From Candidatus Latescibacterota bacterium (lineage in GTDB: Bacteria; Latescibacterota; UBA2968; UBA8231), in NCBI GenBank assembly GCA_965204725.1, contig OZ242005.1, forward strand, positions 1,152,001-1,216,000: a DNA stretch of 64,000 nucleotides, read 5' to 3'. The position numbers were made by a program, and so were the translations under genes. The notes under the pieces are model-generated. The model was not told the origin of the DNA and searched no databases. It worked only from the letters and a program-made list of their open reading frames with translations. Below, in pieces: positions 27,937 through 36,540 of the stretch; the first letter of the stretch is position 1; every line of letters begins with the position of its first letter.

Positions 27937-29501
27937 ACGTCAATCTCCATTCCGCCGTCCGCCACCCGACGGTCGTGAAACACTTTGTCCGCCCAACGCC
28001 GACCTTCGCCCCGGTCGAAAACCACCAGATGACCGGCGTTTGCCCCGCACCGATCCATGTACTCGGCCGTCTGTTCCACCCCCTCGGCGAGGGTCTGCTC
28101 CAAGCTCTTGTGCAGCATTTTACACTCGACCACTACCTTGCGCGTCTGCTCGCCCTGCGGCCACAAAATCAGCAGATCCGTGCGCATCCGCCCGAGGCCA
28201 TATTCGCGCTCGATCCGCCCGCCGCTGTTGACGATCCGCTGTAAGAAAGCCTGCAATAGCAACTGCGGCCCCGCTTCTTTGTACGCGAACCGCTCGACCC
28301 AGTGCTCGGAATGCGCGCGAAAGAATGCTTGGAACGCCGTTAGCAGTTTGTCCATCTCCAAATGGCCTTCGTCGTCCACGTACCACGCGGTCTCCTGCTC
28401 GAACTCCTCTTGCACCACCCAGGTCAGTTCGCGCGGCACCACCTCGGCGTAGATTGGATTGGCTAGGCGCAACGGGCGACTTTGAGCGACCAAACCCAAA
28501 TCCCGCACATACTCCAAGTCGCGGTCGGCAAAGTGGCGCACCTCGCTTCCGCTCAACAGCGGCTCGACCACCCGGCGCACCCGCTCTTCCTTGAGCTTGT
28601 CGGCCAACTGGTCCAGATGCGTCTCGCGCCGCAGGATGAGTTGCTCTTGCGCGGCGAGGATCGCCTCGGCGGTGACGGGGCGATGCCACGCTTCGGCCAA
28701 CGCACCGGCAAAGCAGGTTTCGTAGGCCAGCGCATTGACCAGCCACGGTTGCCCTTGCGTCTGTCGCCAGATCGTCGCTAAGGTGTCGCCGGTAAAGGTC
28801 TGTCCGGTCGCCGCGGTGTGCTGCTCCAGCAGTGCCGTGACCTCGGCCTGAGAAAAGTCGCCCAGACGCAGCGACCGCGCCTTGATGTTGAACGCGCTGC
28901 CCCCGGCGATAATCGCCTGCTCCGCAGCAGATTGAATCCGGTAATCGCGCACATCCCGCACCCCGCACAGCACCACGCTCTGCGGAAACCCCGCTGGCCG
29001 CAAATCGTAGCCGGCGCGCAACTGCCGCAGCACCGACAGCAGCGCGTCGCCCATCAGCGCGTCGATTTCGTCGATCAGCAGGACCAAGGGCTTGGGATTG
29101 GCCGCGGCCCAGCGCGTCAGGGCGACTTGCAGAGCCGCGTGCGGCCCGAACTCGGCCAAGATGCCCGACCAGACCTCGAGCAGAAATTCGTCGTCCAGCG
29201 TCGCGCTCGCCCGCAACGCCAAGGTTCCCAAAAGGGTGCGTACCACCTGTTGGGCATCCTCGCGCCCGGCCTGCCCGCCTTCCACGTTGACATAGACGCA
29301 GCGATAATCCCCTTCGGCGTTGAGCAGGTCGCGCAGCGTCAGCAAGACCGATGTCTTGCCGGTCTGTCGCGGCGCGTGTAGGACAAAGTAGCGTTTTTCG
29401 CGGACGAACCGGCGCACCGCGGAAAGGTTCAGTCGGTCCAAGGGCGGAATGCAGTAGTGATCGTCGGCGACCACCGGACCGCTCGTATTAAAAAACCGCA
29501 T
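27924..29501 (-). CDS. AAA-family ATPase with C-terminal PD-(D/E)XK nuclease-like domain
   Basis: MRFFNTSGP, APRQTGKT, LIDEID, REYGLGRMRTDL...VVECK; close paralog of 10280..11860. Confidence 0.85.
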   Translation of the reverse strand: MRFFNTSGPVVADDHYCIPPLDRLNLSAVRRFVREKRYFVLHAPRQTGKTSVLLTLRDLLNAEGDYRCVYVNVEGGQAGREDAQQVVRTLLGTLALRASATLDDEFLLEVWSGILAEFGPHAALQVALTRWAAANPKPLVLLIDEIDALMGDALLSVLRQLRAGYDLRPAGFPQSVVLCGVRDVRDYRIQSAAEQAIIAGGSAFNIKARSLRLGDFSQAEVTALLEQHTAATGQTFTGDTLATIWRQTQGQPWLVNALAYETCFAGALAEAWHRPVTAEAILAAQEQLILRRETHLDQLADKLKEERVRRVVEPLLSGSEVRHFADRDLEYVRDLGLVAQSRPLRLANPIYAEVVPRELTWVVQEEFEQETAWYVDDEGHLEMDKLLTAFQAFFRAHSEHWVERFAYKEAGPQLLLQAFLQRIVNSGGRIEREYGLGRMRTDLLILWPQGEQTRKVVVECKMLHKSLEQTLAEGVEQTAEYMDRCGANAGHLVVFDRGEGRRWADKVFHDRRVADGGMEIDVWGM

Positions 29502-29515
29502 GGCGGAAGCGCCGC

Positions 29516-30778
29516 TCACTCCGCGCGCCAGACGGGCCAGTCGCGTTCTTGGAGGGTGCGCCAGAGCCGATCGAAGTCTGCGCTGCCGTCGTCTTCGCGC
29601 TCGGTGAGGCGGACGCCGGGAGCGAAGGCTTCGTCAACGCCTTGTTTCATAAGGCGCTCGGCTTGGCGCAGGTCGCGGTAGTAGTGTTTGAGACCGCCGG
29701 GTAGGGTTACGACCGAGAAATGGCGCGGCCAAGGCGGCGCGGGCATGTCGCGGTAGCGTGCGATGGCGTCCTCGTTGAGTTCCACCCCCAAGCCTCGGCC
29801 GGTGGGCACCTGCATAAAGCCGCGCTGGACCGGATGCGGCTCGACGATCAGGTCGTCGGCGTAGGTGTGATGGGCCGTTACGCCCGGCAGGGTGGCCGTG
29901 TGCATGACCGCGCCGAGGTGGCCGGCGAAGGCCGCGGTGATGCCGGTGCCGACGTATTGCAAGAGGATCGGGGTATTGGCCGCGGCAAAGGCCCAAGAAG
30001 CGGCCAGCGCGTTGCGGACGGTCTCGTGGCTACAGAGGGCGCCGTCGAAATCGCCGGCGCGCAGCCCGAGCCACGGGCCAGAAGGCTGGCGCGAAGGGCC
30101 GTCGAAGATCGTGCTGACGCCGTGGAGATAGAAGGGAATGCGGATCTGTTGGTGTAGGCGTCGCCAGCCCTCGATGTCGTAGGCGAAGATCGGCTCTTCA
30201 ATGCCTTTGACTATTGGGATCTGCTCTAGCTGGCGCAGGATGGGCAAGGCTCTTTCGACGTTGACGAGCGCGCCGTTGAAGTCGAATTCAATGCGGAAGT
30301 CGGGCGGGGCCGCCTCCTGCATCGCTTGGGCTTGCTCGACCACGTCGTAGAAGGCGCGGGCCTTGCACTTCAGGCCGCGATAGCCGCGAGACGCCGCTTC
30401 GCGCACCTCGGCGGCCGAGTCCGCGGGCGACATGCTGGGCATCCACCACCCCATGCTCACCCACTCCCGCCGCTGTTGGCCCATCAGCTTGTGGGCCGGC
30501 AGCCCGAGGTGTTTGCCCATCAGGTCGTAACAGGCCATGTCGAGGTTGAAGCGGCCAGTGCCCATGACGTGGTCGAAAGGATTGGTGCCGAGATAGGCGT
30601 CGAGCACGCCCTGCTCAAAGGGCGGGCCGGGGTTTTCGCCCAAGCCGACCAGCCCGGTATCGGTGTGCAACTTGTACACGGTCAGCTCTTCGGTCATGCC
30701 GAAGTGGTAGAACGCTTTGCGGATGCGATCTTCGTAGGGAAGGCGCAGGGGAATGACTTCAATGGCGGTGATTTTCAC
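29516..30778 (-). CDS. Mandelate racemase/muconate lactonizing enzyme family protein
   Basis: KITAIEVIP, LHTDTGLVGLGE, KCK, DFN, EEP, PTGRGLGVELN; GTG start after AGGAG. Confidence 0.88.
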   Translation of the reverse strand: MKITAIEVIPLRLPYEDRIRKAFYHFGMTEELTVYKLHTDTGLVGLGENPGPPFEQGVLDAYLGTNPFDHVMGTGRFNLDMACYDLMGKHLGLPAHKLMGQQRREWVSMGWWMPSMSPADSAAEVREAASRGYRGLKCKARAFYDVVEQAQAMQEAAPPDFRIEFDFNGALVNVERALPILRQLEQIPIVKGIEEPIFAYDIEGWRRLHQQIRIPFYLHGVSTIFDGPSRQPSGPWLGLRAGDFDGALCSHETVRNALAASWAFAAANTPILLQYVGTGITAAFAGHLGAVMHTATLPGVTAHHTYADDLIVEPHPVQRGFMQVPTGRGLGVELNEDAIARYRDMPAPPWPRHFSVVTLPGGLKHYYRDLRQAERLMKQGVDEAFAPGVRLTEREDDGSADFDRLWRTLQERDWPVWRAE

Positions 30779-30889
30779 GACGTGGCTCCTGTCTGCAATG
30801 GCCCCATCCTCGGTGGCGGCAAAGGTCGGGGGAAGGTACGATTCCTTGACTTTGGATGCAAAAAAGCGATGATAGAGAAAGGGCTTAAA

Positions 30890-32842
30890 ATGCGAAAAAT
30901 TTGTCTCATGCTTTTGTGGTGGCCGGTCGCGGCATGGGGGGCCGAAGTGCCGTTTAGCCGGGGCGTCAACCTGACCAATTGGCTGCAAGCGTCGAGGGCG
31001 CAGAGCGTACACTTTGCCAAGTTTAGCCGGGCCGACTTCGCGCAAATCCAACAACTCGGTTGCGACGTGGTGCGCCTGCCGATCAATCTACACGCCATGA
31101 CCAACGGCCCGCCAGACTACCGCATAGACCCCTTGCTCTACGTTTTTCTCGATCAAATCGCAGATTGGGCCGACGAGTTGGGGCTGCATCTTATTTTGGA
31201 CAACCACTCGTTTGACCCGGCGGTGAGCACCTCCCCGGAGATCGGCGCGGTACTGGTGCCGATGTGGACCCAACTCGCCGCCCACTTTGCCGCGCATCCA
31301 GCCCGGCTCTACTACGAGATACTCAACGAGCCGCACGGCCTCAGCGACGCGGCTTGGAACGCGATTCAGCAGCAGGTGATTGACGCGATCCGGCAGGTGG
31401 ATCAGCACCACGCGATTGTCGTCGGCCCGGCCAACTGGAACAGCTTCCGCAACCTGCACCAGATGCCGGTCTTTGCCGACGACAACCTCGTGTACACGTT
31501 TCACTTCTACGAGCCTTTCGTCTTTACCCACCAAGGCGCTAGCTGGGTCAATCCCTCCCTGGTCCCGTTGCGCGGCGTGCCCTTTCCCTACGAGCGGGCG
31601 CGCATGCCGGCGTTGCCCTCGTCCTTGCTGGGCACTTGGGTCGAGCGGGCACTGGGCAACTACAGCCAAGAGGGCTCCATCGCGCAGGTGCGCCTGCTGC
31701 TTGACGAGGCCGCGGCCTTTCGGAAGGATCGCGGTGTGCCGCTGTTTTGTGGGGAATTTGGGGTGTACAGCCCCAACAGCGACCCCCGCGACCGCGTCTT
31801 GTGGTACGAGGTGGTGCGGCAGCACTTGGAGGACCGCGGCATCGCGTGGACCACTTGGGATTACCGCGGCGGTTTTGGGCTGTTTGAGCACGGGTCGAGC
31901 GAGTTATTCGAGTTTGACCTGAACGTGCCGCTGTTGGAGGCGTTGGGGCTGACCGTGCCGCAGCAACGGGATTTTGTCGCCGCGCCCGCCCCGCAGGGGT
32001 TCGTGCTCTACGACGATTTCCTCGGCCCGCATATCGCTGAGTCCAACCACCTCGGCCCGGGCATGGTGGATTACTACGCCGAGGCCGCGCCTGCGGTGGG
32101 CCGCTACTGCATTCGCTGGGCCGAAGTGCCGCTCTACGGGTTCATTGGCTTCGACTTCAAGCCTTTTAAGGATCTGTCCGCGTTGGCCGCAACGGACTAT
32201 GCGATTGAGTTCTGGGTGCGAGGGGATACGCCCGGCTCGTCGTTTGACATTCGCTTGGTCGATACCGATACGGAAGACCCGGACGACCGCCCGTGGCGCG
32301 TGCGCTACACCCTAGACGAGCACGTCGTGCCGTGGGACGGCGCGTGGCACGCGGTGCGCATCCCCTTGCGCGACTTCGCCGAGCACGGAGCTTGGGAGAA
32401 CGAGTGGTTCGAGCCGATGGGCGCGTTCGACTGGCAGGCGGTCGATCGCTTCGACATCGTGGCCGAGCACCATCCGCTAGACGGAATCCAGTTCTGGTTC
32501 GACGAGTTGCGGATTGTGGGACCGGTCCCGACGGCCGTGCGCTCTGAGGCCGCGTCTCAGCCGGTCGCGCTGGCGTTGGCCGCCAATTATCCCAACCCGT
32601 TCAACGCGACGACCGCGATCGGCTACGCGCTACCGGCCGCCGAGCCGATGCACTTGGCGGTCTATGCGCTGAACGGCCAGCCGGTGCGGACCCTCGTGCA
32701 GGGCGTGGTCGCTCCGGGGTGGCACGAGGCGCGATGGGATGGGCGCGACGACGCCGGGCGGGCCGTGGCCAGCGGCGTGTACTTGTATCGCTTGGCCACT
32801 GTAGGCGAGGTGCGGACCGGAAAGATGACGTTGGTGCGCTGA
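30890..32842 (+). CDS. Secreted GH5 glycoside hydrolase with CBM11/CIA30-like module and FlgD-Ig/T9SS-like C-terminal domain
   Basis: Signal peptide, RGVNL, VRLPI, LDNH, NEP acid/base, HFYEP, GEFG nucleophile, WTTW; tail NYPNPFN...WDGRDDAGRAVASGVYLYRL. Confidence 0.9.
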   Translation: MRKICLMLLWWPVAAWGAEVPFSRGVNLTNWLQASRAQSVHFAKFSRADFAQIQQLGCDVVRLPINLHAMTNGPPDYRIDPLLYVFLDQIADWADELGLHLILDNHSFDPAVSTSPEIGAVLVPMWTQLAAHFAAHPARLYYEILNEPHGLSDAAWNAIQQQVIDAIRQVDQHHAIVVGPANWNSFRNLHQMPVFADDNLVYTFHFYEPFVFTHQGASWVNPSLVPLRGVPFPYERARMPALPSSLLGTWVERALGNYSQEGSIAQVRLLLDEAAAFRKDRGVPLFCGEFGVYSPNSDPRDRVLWYEVVRQHLEDRGIAWTTWDYRGGFGLFEHGSSELFEFDLNVPLLEALGLTVPQQRDFVAAPAPQGFVLYDDFLGPHIAESNHLGPGMVDYYAEAAPAVGRYCIRWAEVPLYGFIGFDFKPFKDLSALAATDYAIEFWVRGDTPGSSFDIRLVDTDTEDPDDRPWRVRYTLDEHVVPWDGAWHAVRIPLRDFAEHGAWENEWFEPMGAFDWQAVDRFDIVAEHHPLDGIQFWFDELRIVGPVPTAVRSEAASQPVALALAANYPNPFNATTAIGYALPAAEPMHLAVYALNGQPVRTLVQGVVAPGWHEARWDGRDDAGRAVASGVYLYRLATVGEVRTGKMTLVR

Positions 32843-32944
32843 AGATAGGGCTGCTGGCCCGCATTTTGCTTTTGCTAAACAGCGAAGCCCCTATCTATTG
32901 AAGGGGTATCCGTCGGCGAGTATATTGAACCTACCCAGAAGGAG

Positions 32945-33292
32945 ATGGCAGGCATGGCAGAACGTTCCCCCCTCAACTACGGCGACCGCATTGGCCGCCT
33001 AGAAGGAATCATTGAGCAAATCAACGACCGCCTCGGCAGCTTGGAGGCTCGCGTGAGCGACTTGGAGGCCCGCATGAGTCGCTTGGAGGCTCGCATGAGT
33101 CGCTTGGAGGCCTGCATGAGCAGCTTGAAGAGCAGCTTAGAGGCCCGCATGAGCGACTTAGAGGCTCGCATGAGTCGTTTGGAGAGCAGTCACCGGCGGG
33201 ACTTTCGCTGGCTAGTCGGCACGATGATAGGAATGTGGGTGACGACGATGGGCCTGCTCTTGACGATAACGATCAAGGTATTTGCAGGTTAG
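32945..33292 (+). CDS. Small coiled-coil protein with C-terminal membrane anchor (CCDC90/DUF1640-like)
   Basis: Heptad repeats SRLEARM, then DFRWLVG and a hydrophobic helix; AAGGAG RBS. Confidence 0.75.
   Translation: MAGMAERSPLNYGDRIGRLEGIIEQINDRLGSLEARVSDLEARMSRLEARMSRLEACMSSLKSSLEARMSDLEARMSRLESSHRRDFRWLVGTMIGMWVTTMGLLLTITIKVFAG
33038..33187 (+). repeat. 21-bp coding tandem repeat (six full units and two 12-bp partial units)
   Basis: Unit like CGCTTGGAGGCTCGCATGAGT, read directly. Confidence 0.9.
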
Positions 33293-33305
33293 CCGAAAGC
33301 GTCCG

Positions 33306-33332
33306 GGACGGAGGGCGTCTCGCCCTCCATCC
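33306..33332. repeat. REP-like hairpin / possible terminator
   Basis: GGAGGGCG-TCT-CGCCCTCC 8-bp stem just after the 33292 stop, between convergent genes. Confidence 0.55.
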
Positions 33333-33490
33333 TCGGCAGACTAGGGGGCGCGTAGTACGAGCCGAAACTGTTACCGTCGAGACCCCGAGCGTTACCTTTC
33401 CTTCACAATTCCCCCTACGGATTTCCAGCACTGCAAAATCAGGTCGCGGCGACGATGGGCCGCCGTGAGAACGCAGGTCGATACAGATTC

Positions 33491-34954
33491 CTATTCAGCA
33501 GGTCGTGCATGGGTGCGGTCTTCGAGCCAGTAGGCGTAGAGACGCGCTTGGTGCAGGTAGAACTTCAGGCGCACTGGTCGTTCAAATACTAGGTCGTGCG
33601 GGTGCTTCCACACGTATTTGGCCCGCAGGCTGTCGCCGGTAAAGGGCGGCGGTTCCTCGCCCGGCACCCAGAAGTTGGGGAGGGGCTTGCCGGTCTCGGC
33701 GTCTTGGATCTCGGCGTAGATTTCGCCCCAGCGGGCGTTGGCGTTGAGGTAGAGGTCTTCGCCGCGCCAGTGGAAGGGCTGGGTGACGACGGTGGCGATT
33801 TCGTCTCCGTTGATGGAGACGAAGCGGTCGGGCGGCAGCTTGGCCAGGCAGAGGGCACCCGGATCGGCGAAGTGGCGATCTTCTACGCCGAGCCGGAACA
33901 ACTCCTTGTAGCGGTTGAAGCGCCGGTACATTTCCACGCTGCCCGGCATGCGGAGGGCATTGTAGTAAATCCAAATCTCGCCATCTTTGCGGATCAGCGG
34001 CGCACCGGCCATGAGGAGCTGGCTGGTGCCGTAGTTTTCCCCGTCAAAAGGTTCGATGCCAATAAAGGGCGTGCGGTCGGCCACGCGATCCCAAGTGTGC
34101 AGATCGCGCGAGACGGCCATTTCGATCTGATTGATGCGGGTGAAATTGGTGGCTGGCGGCGGGATGGCGCCAATCGGGTTGAAAACCGTGGGGAAGCCGA
34201 TGTACAGCCCCTGATAGGGCATGACGGCCATGTTGTAGATCTCGGCGGGATAGGCTTCGTCGTCGAGTATCGGCGGCGCGATGTACGCGGGGTCGTCGAT
34301 GAGGGTGCGGACGCGCTGGCGGGCGTTTTTCGAGTCGGTTTCGTCGGCGTGGAAGATGAGTTCGGGCGCGGTGAAGTGATCAAAGTCGCGGCTGGTCGCC
34401 AGCCAGACCGAGCGGCCCCACTCGGTGGGCTGCTTGACCATGGCGAGAAATTGCTCGGTGTAGGGATCGTACGCGAACTGGGACTCGTCTTGGCTGGGGA
34501 TGAAGGAGTGGGGCAGCGCGGTCCAGGCAAAGCCGTCGGGCGAGGTGGCGCCGCAGCGGCCGTCGGGCGCGGCGAACAGGGCCTTGTAGCGGCGGTTCGG
34601 GTCTGGGTCGCGCTCATCGCGGACGATGTGGTATAGGCCCGGGCCGTTGGGGGCGCAGGCGATGTTGTTGTCTTTGTTGCCGTTCCACTCGTATAGCCCG
34701 AGGGAGGGTTGTTCCCAGTGCTCGCCGTCGCCAGAGACGGCAAAGCGGGCCTGCGGGCCGTTGTACCACCACTCGTAGCGCGCCTCGTCCGGGTTCCACA
34801 AGGGCGCACTGCGGCTTTGGATGCCGCCGGTGATGAGGGGGCCGCACCTTTTGGGAGAATGCAGGGTGCGGGTGGTGCCTTGCTCGGCGACTAAGGCGCG
34901 GCTGTCGAGGAAGAGCTGGCGGTGCTTTTTGGGGTCGATGAGTGCGGTGGCCAT
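33491..34954 (-). CDS. Glycoside-hydrolase-like five-bladed beta-propeller protein
   Basis: RQLFLD, FAVSGDGEHWEQPSLG, RRYKA, SPDGFAW, AVSRDLHTWDR, IWIYY, LYLNA; related to 3..1424. Confidence 0.65.
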   Translation of the reverse strand: MATALIDPKKHRQLFLDSRALVAEQGTTRTLHSPKRCGPLITGGIQSRSAPLWNPDEARYEWWYNGPQARFAVSGDGEHWEQPSLGLYEWNGNKDNNIACAPNGPGLYHIVRDERDPDPNRRYKALFAAPDGRCGATSPDGFAWTALPHSFIPSQDESQFAYDPYTEQFLAMVKQPTEWGRSVWLATSRDFDHFTAPELIFHADETDSKNARQRVRTLIDDPAYIAPPILDDEAYPAEIYNMAVMPYQGLYIGFPTVFNPIGAIPPPATNFTRINQIEMAVSRDLHTWDRVADRTPFIGIEPFDGENYGTSQLLMAGAPLIRKDGEIWIYYNALRMPGSVEMYRRFNRYKELFRLGVEDRHFADPGALCLAKLPPDRFVSINGDEIATVVTQPFHWRGEDLYLNANARWGEIYAEIQDAETGKPLPNFWVPGEEPPPFTGDSLRAKYVWKHPHDLVFERPVRLKFYLHQARLYAYWLEDRTHARPAE

Positions 34955-34959
34955 CGGTA

Positions 34960-35232
34960 TCAGGTGTCGCCCATAGCGTATTCCCGGATGTTCACTTCCG
35001 TTCGCTGGATAGCATAGCCGTTTTTACTAATTTGTCTCAGAATTTTGTCAACATTCGCCCCAATCCGCTTTTCCCCAGGCCTCATATCAAGGTGCTTAAA
35101 TTCCACGAGTTCCCCGAGCTTGTTGCGAATGTTGGCCGGAACACTGTCCGCATCTTTCTCTATAGGAATGACGAGAAAGGTGAATTTACCTGGTACTTGA
35201 GGCGTTCGTGCTTTGAAAATTTTTACGTGCAT
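34960..35232 (-). CDS. YcgL-domain-like small protein
   Basis: IFKA...FLVIP...VPANIRNKLG.L.....L..GEKRIGANVDKILRQISKNGYAIQ follows the YcgL pattern; low GC. Confidence 0.55.
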   Translation of the reverse strand: MHVKIFKARTPQVPGKFTFLVIPIEKDADSVPANIRNKLGELVEFKHLDMRPGEKRIGANVDKILRQISKNGYAIQRTEVNIREYAMGDT

Positions 35233-35454
35233 AACGATACCTCTTGCGGTTAGAACGTTTGGTGATTATCGAAAAACGATCTAGCGACGTAGTTTCCTGT
35301 GTCTGGCAAAGCCCACCGCGTATTCATCCAAGTAAGCATATGCACAAACATCAAGAACAATTGATTCGACTGACGCGCAAGGATACCTCCTCCCCTCTAC
35401 TTCTGTCATAACTGGTGGCGTTTGGGCGAGCAGGTTTGATTCTAAATTTGTCGC

Positions 35455-36456
35455 TCATAGCGCGAATGGCGGAATGCGGAGGAACGCGCCCCCTTGTCGG
35501 GCCGACTCTTGGGCCAGCAGGCAGGCTTGGGCGGTGGCGAACACCGAGCGGGTGGGGATGAATGGGTCGGTGCCGCGTTCAATGGCGTCGATCAGGTTGG
35601 CGACGAACGCGCCGCTTTGGTCTGTGGGCAAATCGGGTGTGTACGGGCTGCGCTCGTTGGTGGCGATGAGCAAGTGGTCAGCGGCATAGGCCCGTAGGTG
35701 GGCCGAGCCGGCCGTGCCCATGATGATGAAGCGGGTGTCGCCAAACGAGGGCGCGGCTTGGGGCGTGAGCCAGTCGGCGGTGAGGGTTGCCAACGCGCCG
35801 TCGGATAACGCGAAGGAAGCCTGTACGTGGTCGTCTAAGCGCGGCTCAGCCGTGAACCGCTTGCAGGTGGCGAGGGCGTGGACGCCGACGCATTCGGCGC
35901 CGGTGAGCCAGCGGACTTGATCGACGCCGTGGCACGCTAGGTCGTGGAACGCACCTGTGTACTGATTGGGGTCGAAATACCAAGCCGGGGCGGTGGCGCG
36001 GCCGAGCTTGTGCGGGTGCGTGGAAATGAGGCTGGCGATGGTCCCGAGGGCGTCGTCGAGGATGGCTTGGCGCAGGGCGATGAACGGCGGATAGCTGCGC
36101 GAGGTGAACCACATAGATACGTGGATTGTACTGGCGGCGACCGCACGGCGCATGCGCTCCCAGTCGTCGAGTGTGCGGCACAGGGGTTTGTCGAGGAGCA
36201 GGTGAATGCCGGCGCGGGCGCAGGTTTCTACGAGCGCGGTTTTCTCGGGGTGGATCAAGCCTTCGAGGATTAGCTCGGGTTGGGCGCGGTCGATTAGGTC
36301 CGCCAAGGTGGCGAAGCGGGGGATGGATGCGTAGCGGGCGCAGAGCGCGTCGTCGGCTTCGACCAAGCCGACGATCTGGCCGTTTGACGCCTGCACGGCG
36401 GATTGGATCATGCCGCCGATGTGCCCATAGTGAACGCCCACGATGCCGATGCGCAT
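35455..36456 (-). CDS. Gfo/Idh/MocA family oxidoreductase
   Basis: MRIGIVG, HLLLDKP, DLACHGVD. Confidence 0.9.
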   Translation of the reverse strand: MRIGIVGVHYGHIGGMIQSAVQASNGQIVGLVEADDALCARYASIPRFATLADLIDRAQPELILEGLIHPEKTALVETCARAGIHLLLDKPLCRTLDDWERMRRAVAASTIHVSMWFTSRSYPPFIALRQAILDDALGTIASLISTHPHKLGRATAPAWYFDPNQYTGAFHDLACHGVDQVRWLTGAECVGVHALATCKRFTAEPRLDDHVQASFALSDGALATLTADWLTPQAAPSFGDTRFIIMGTAGSAHLRAYAADHLLIATNERSPYTPDLPTDQSGAFVANLIDAIERGTDPFIPTRSVFATAQACLLAQESARQGGAFLRIPPFAL

Positions 36457-36540
36457 GATAAACTCTCCGGGTGAAGCCGATGGGATGGATGGGGTGCGCG
36501 AAAAAATAAGACGCGGCCGCTTAACGCGCTACGATAGCAA

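Noticed and set aside
30326-31054. Long overlapping N-terminal extensions of the GH5 and racemase ORFs
   Set aside because: ORF-caller artefacts; plausible starts are at 30890 (signal peptide) and 30778 (AGGAG RBS), giving a normal divergent pair.
33038-33187. Regular repeats resembling a CRISPR array
   Set aside because: Contiguous in-frame 21-bp units with no unique spacers; a coding coiled coil.
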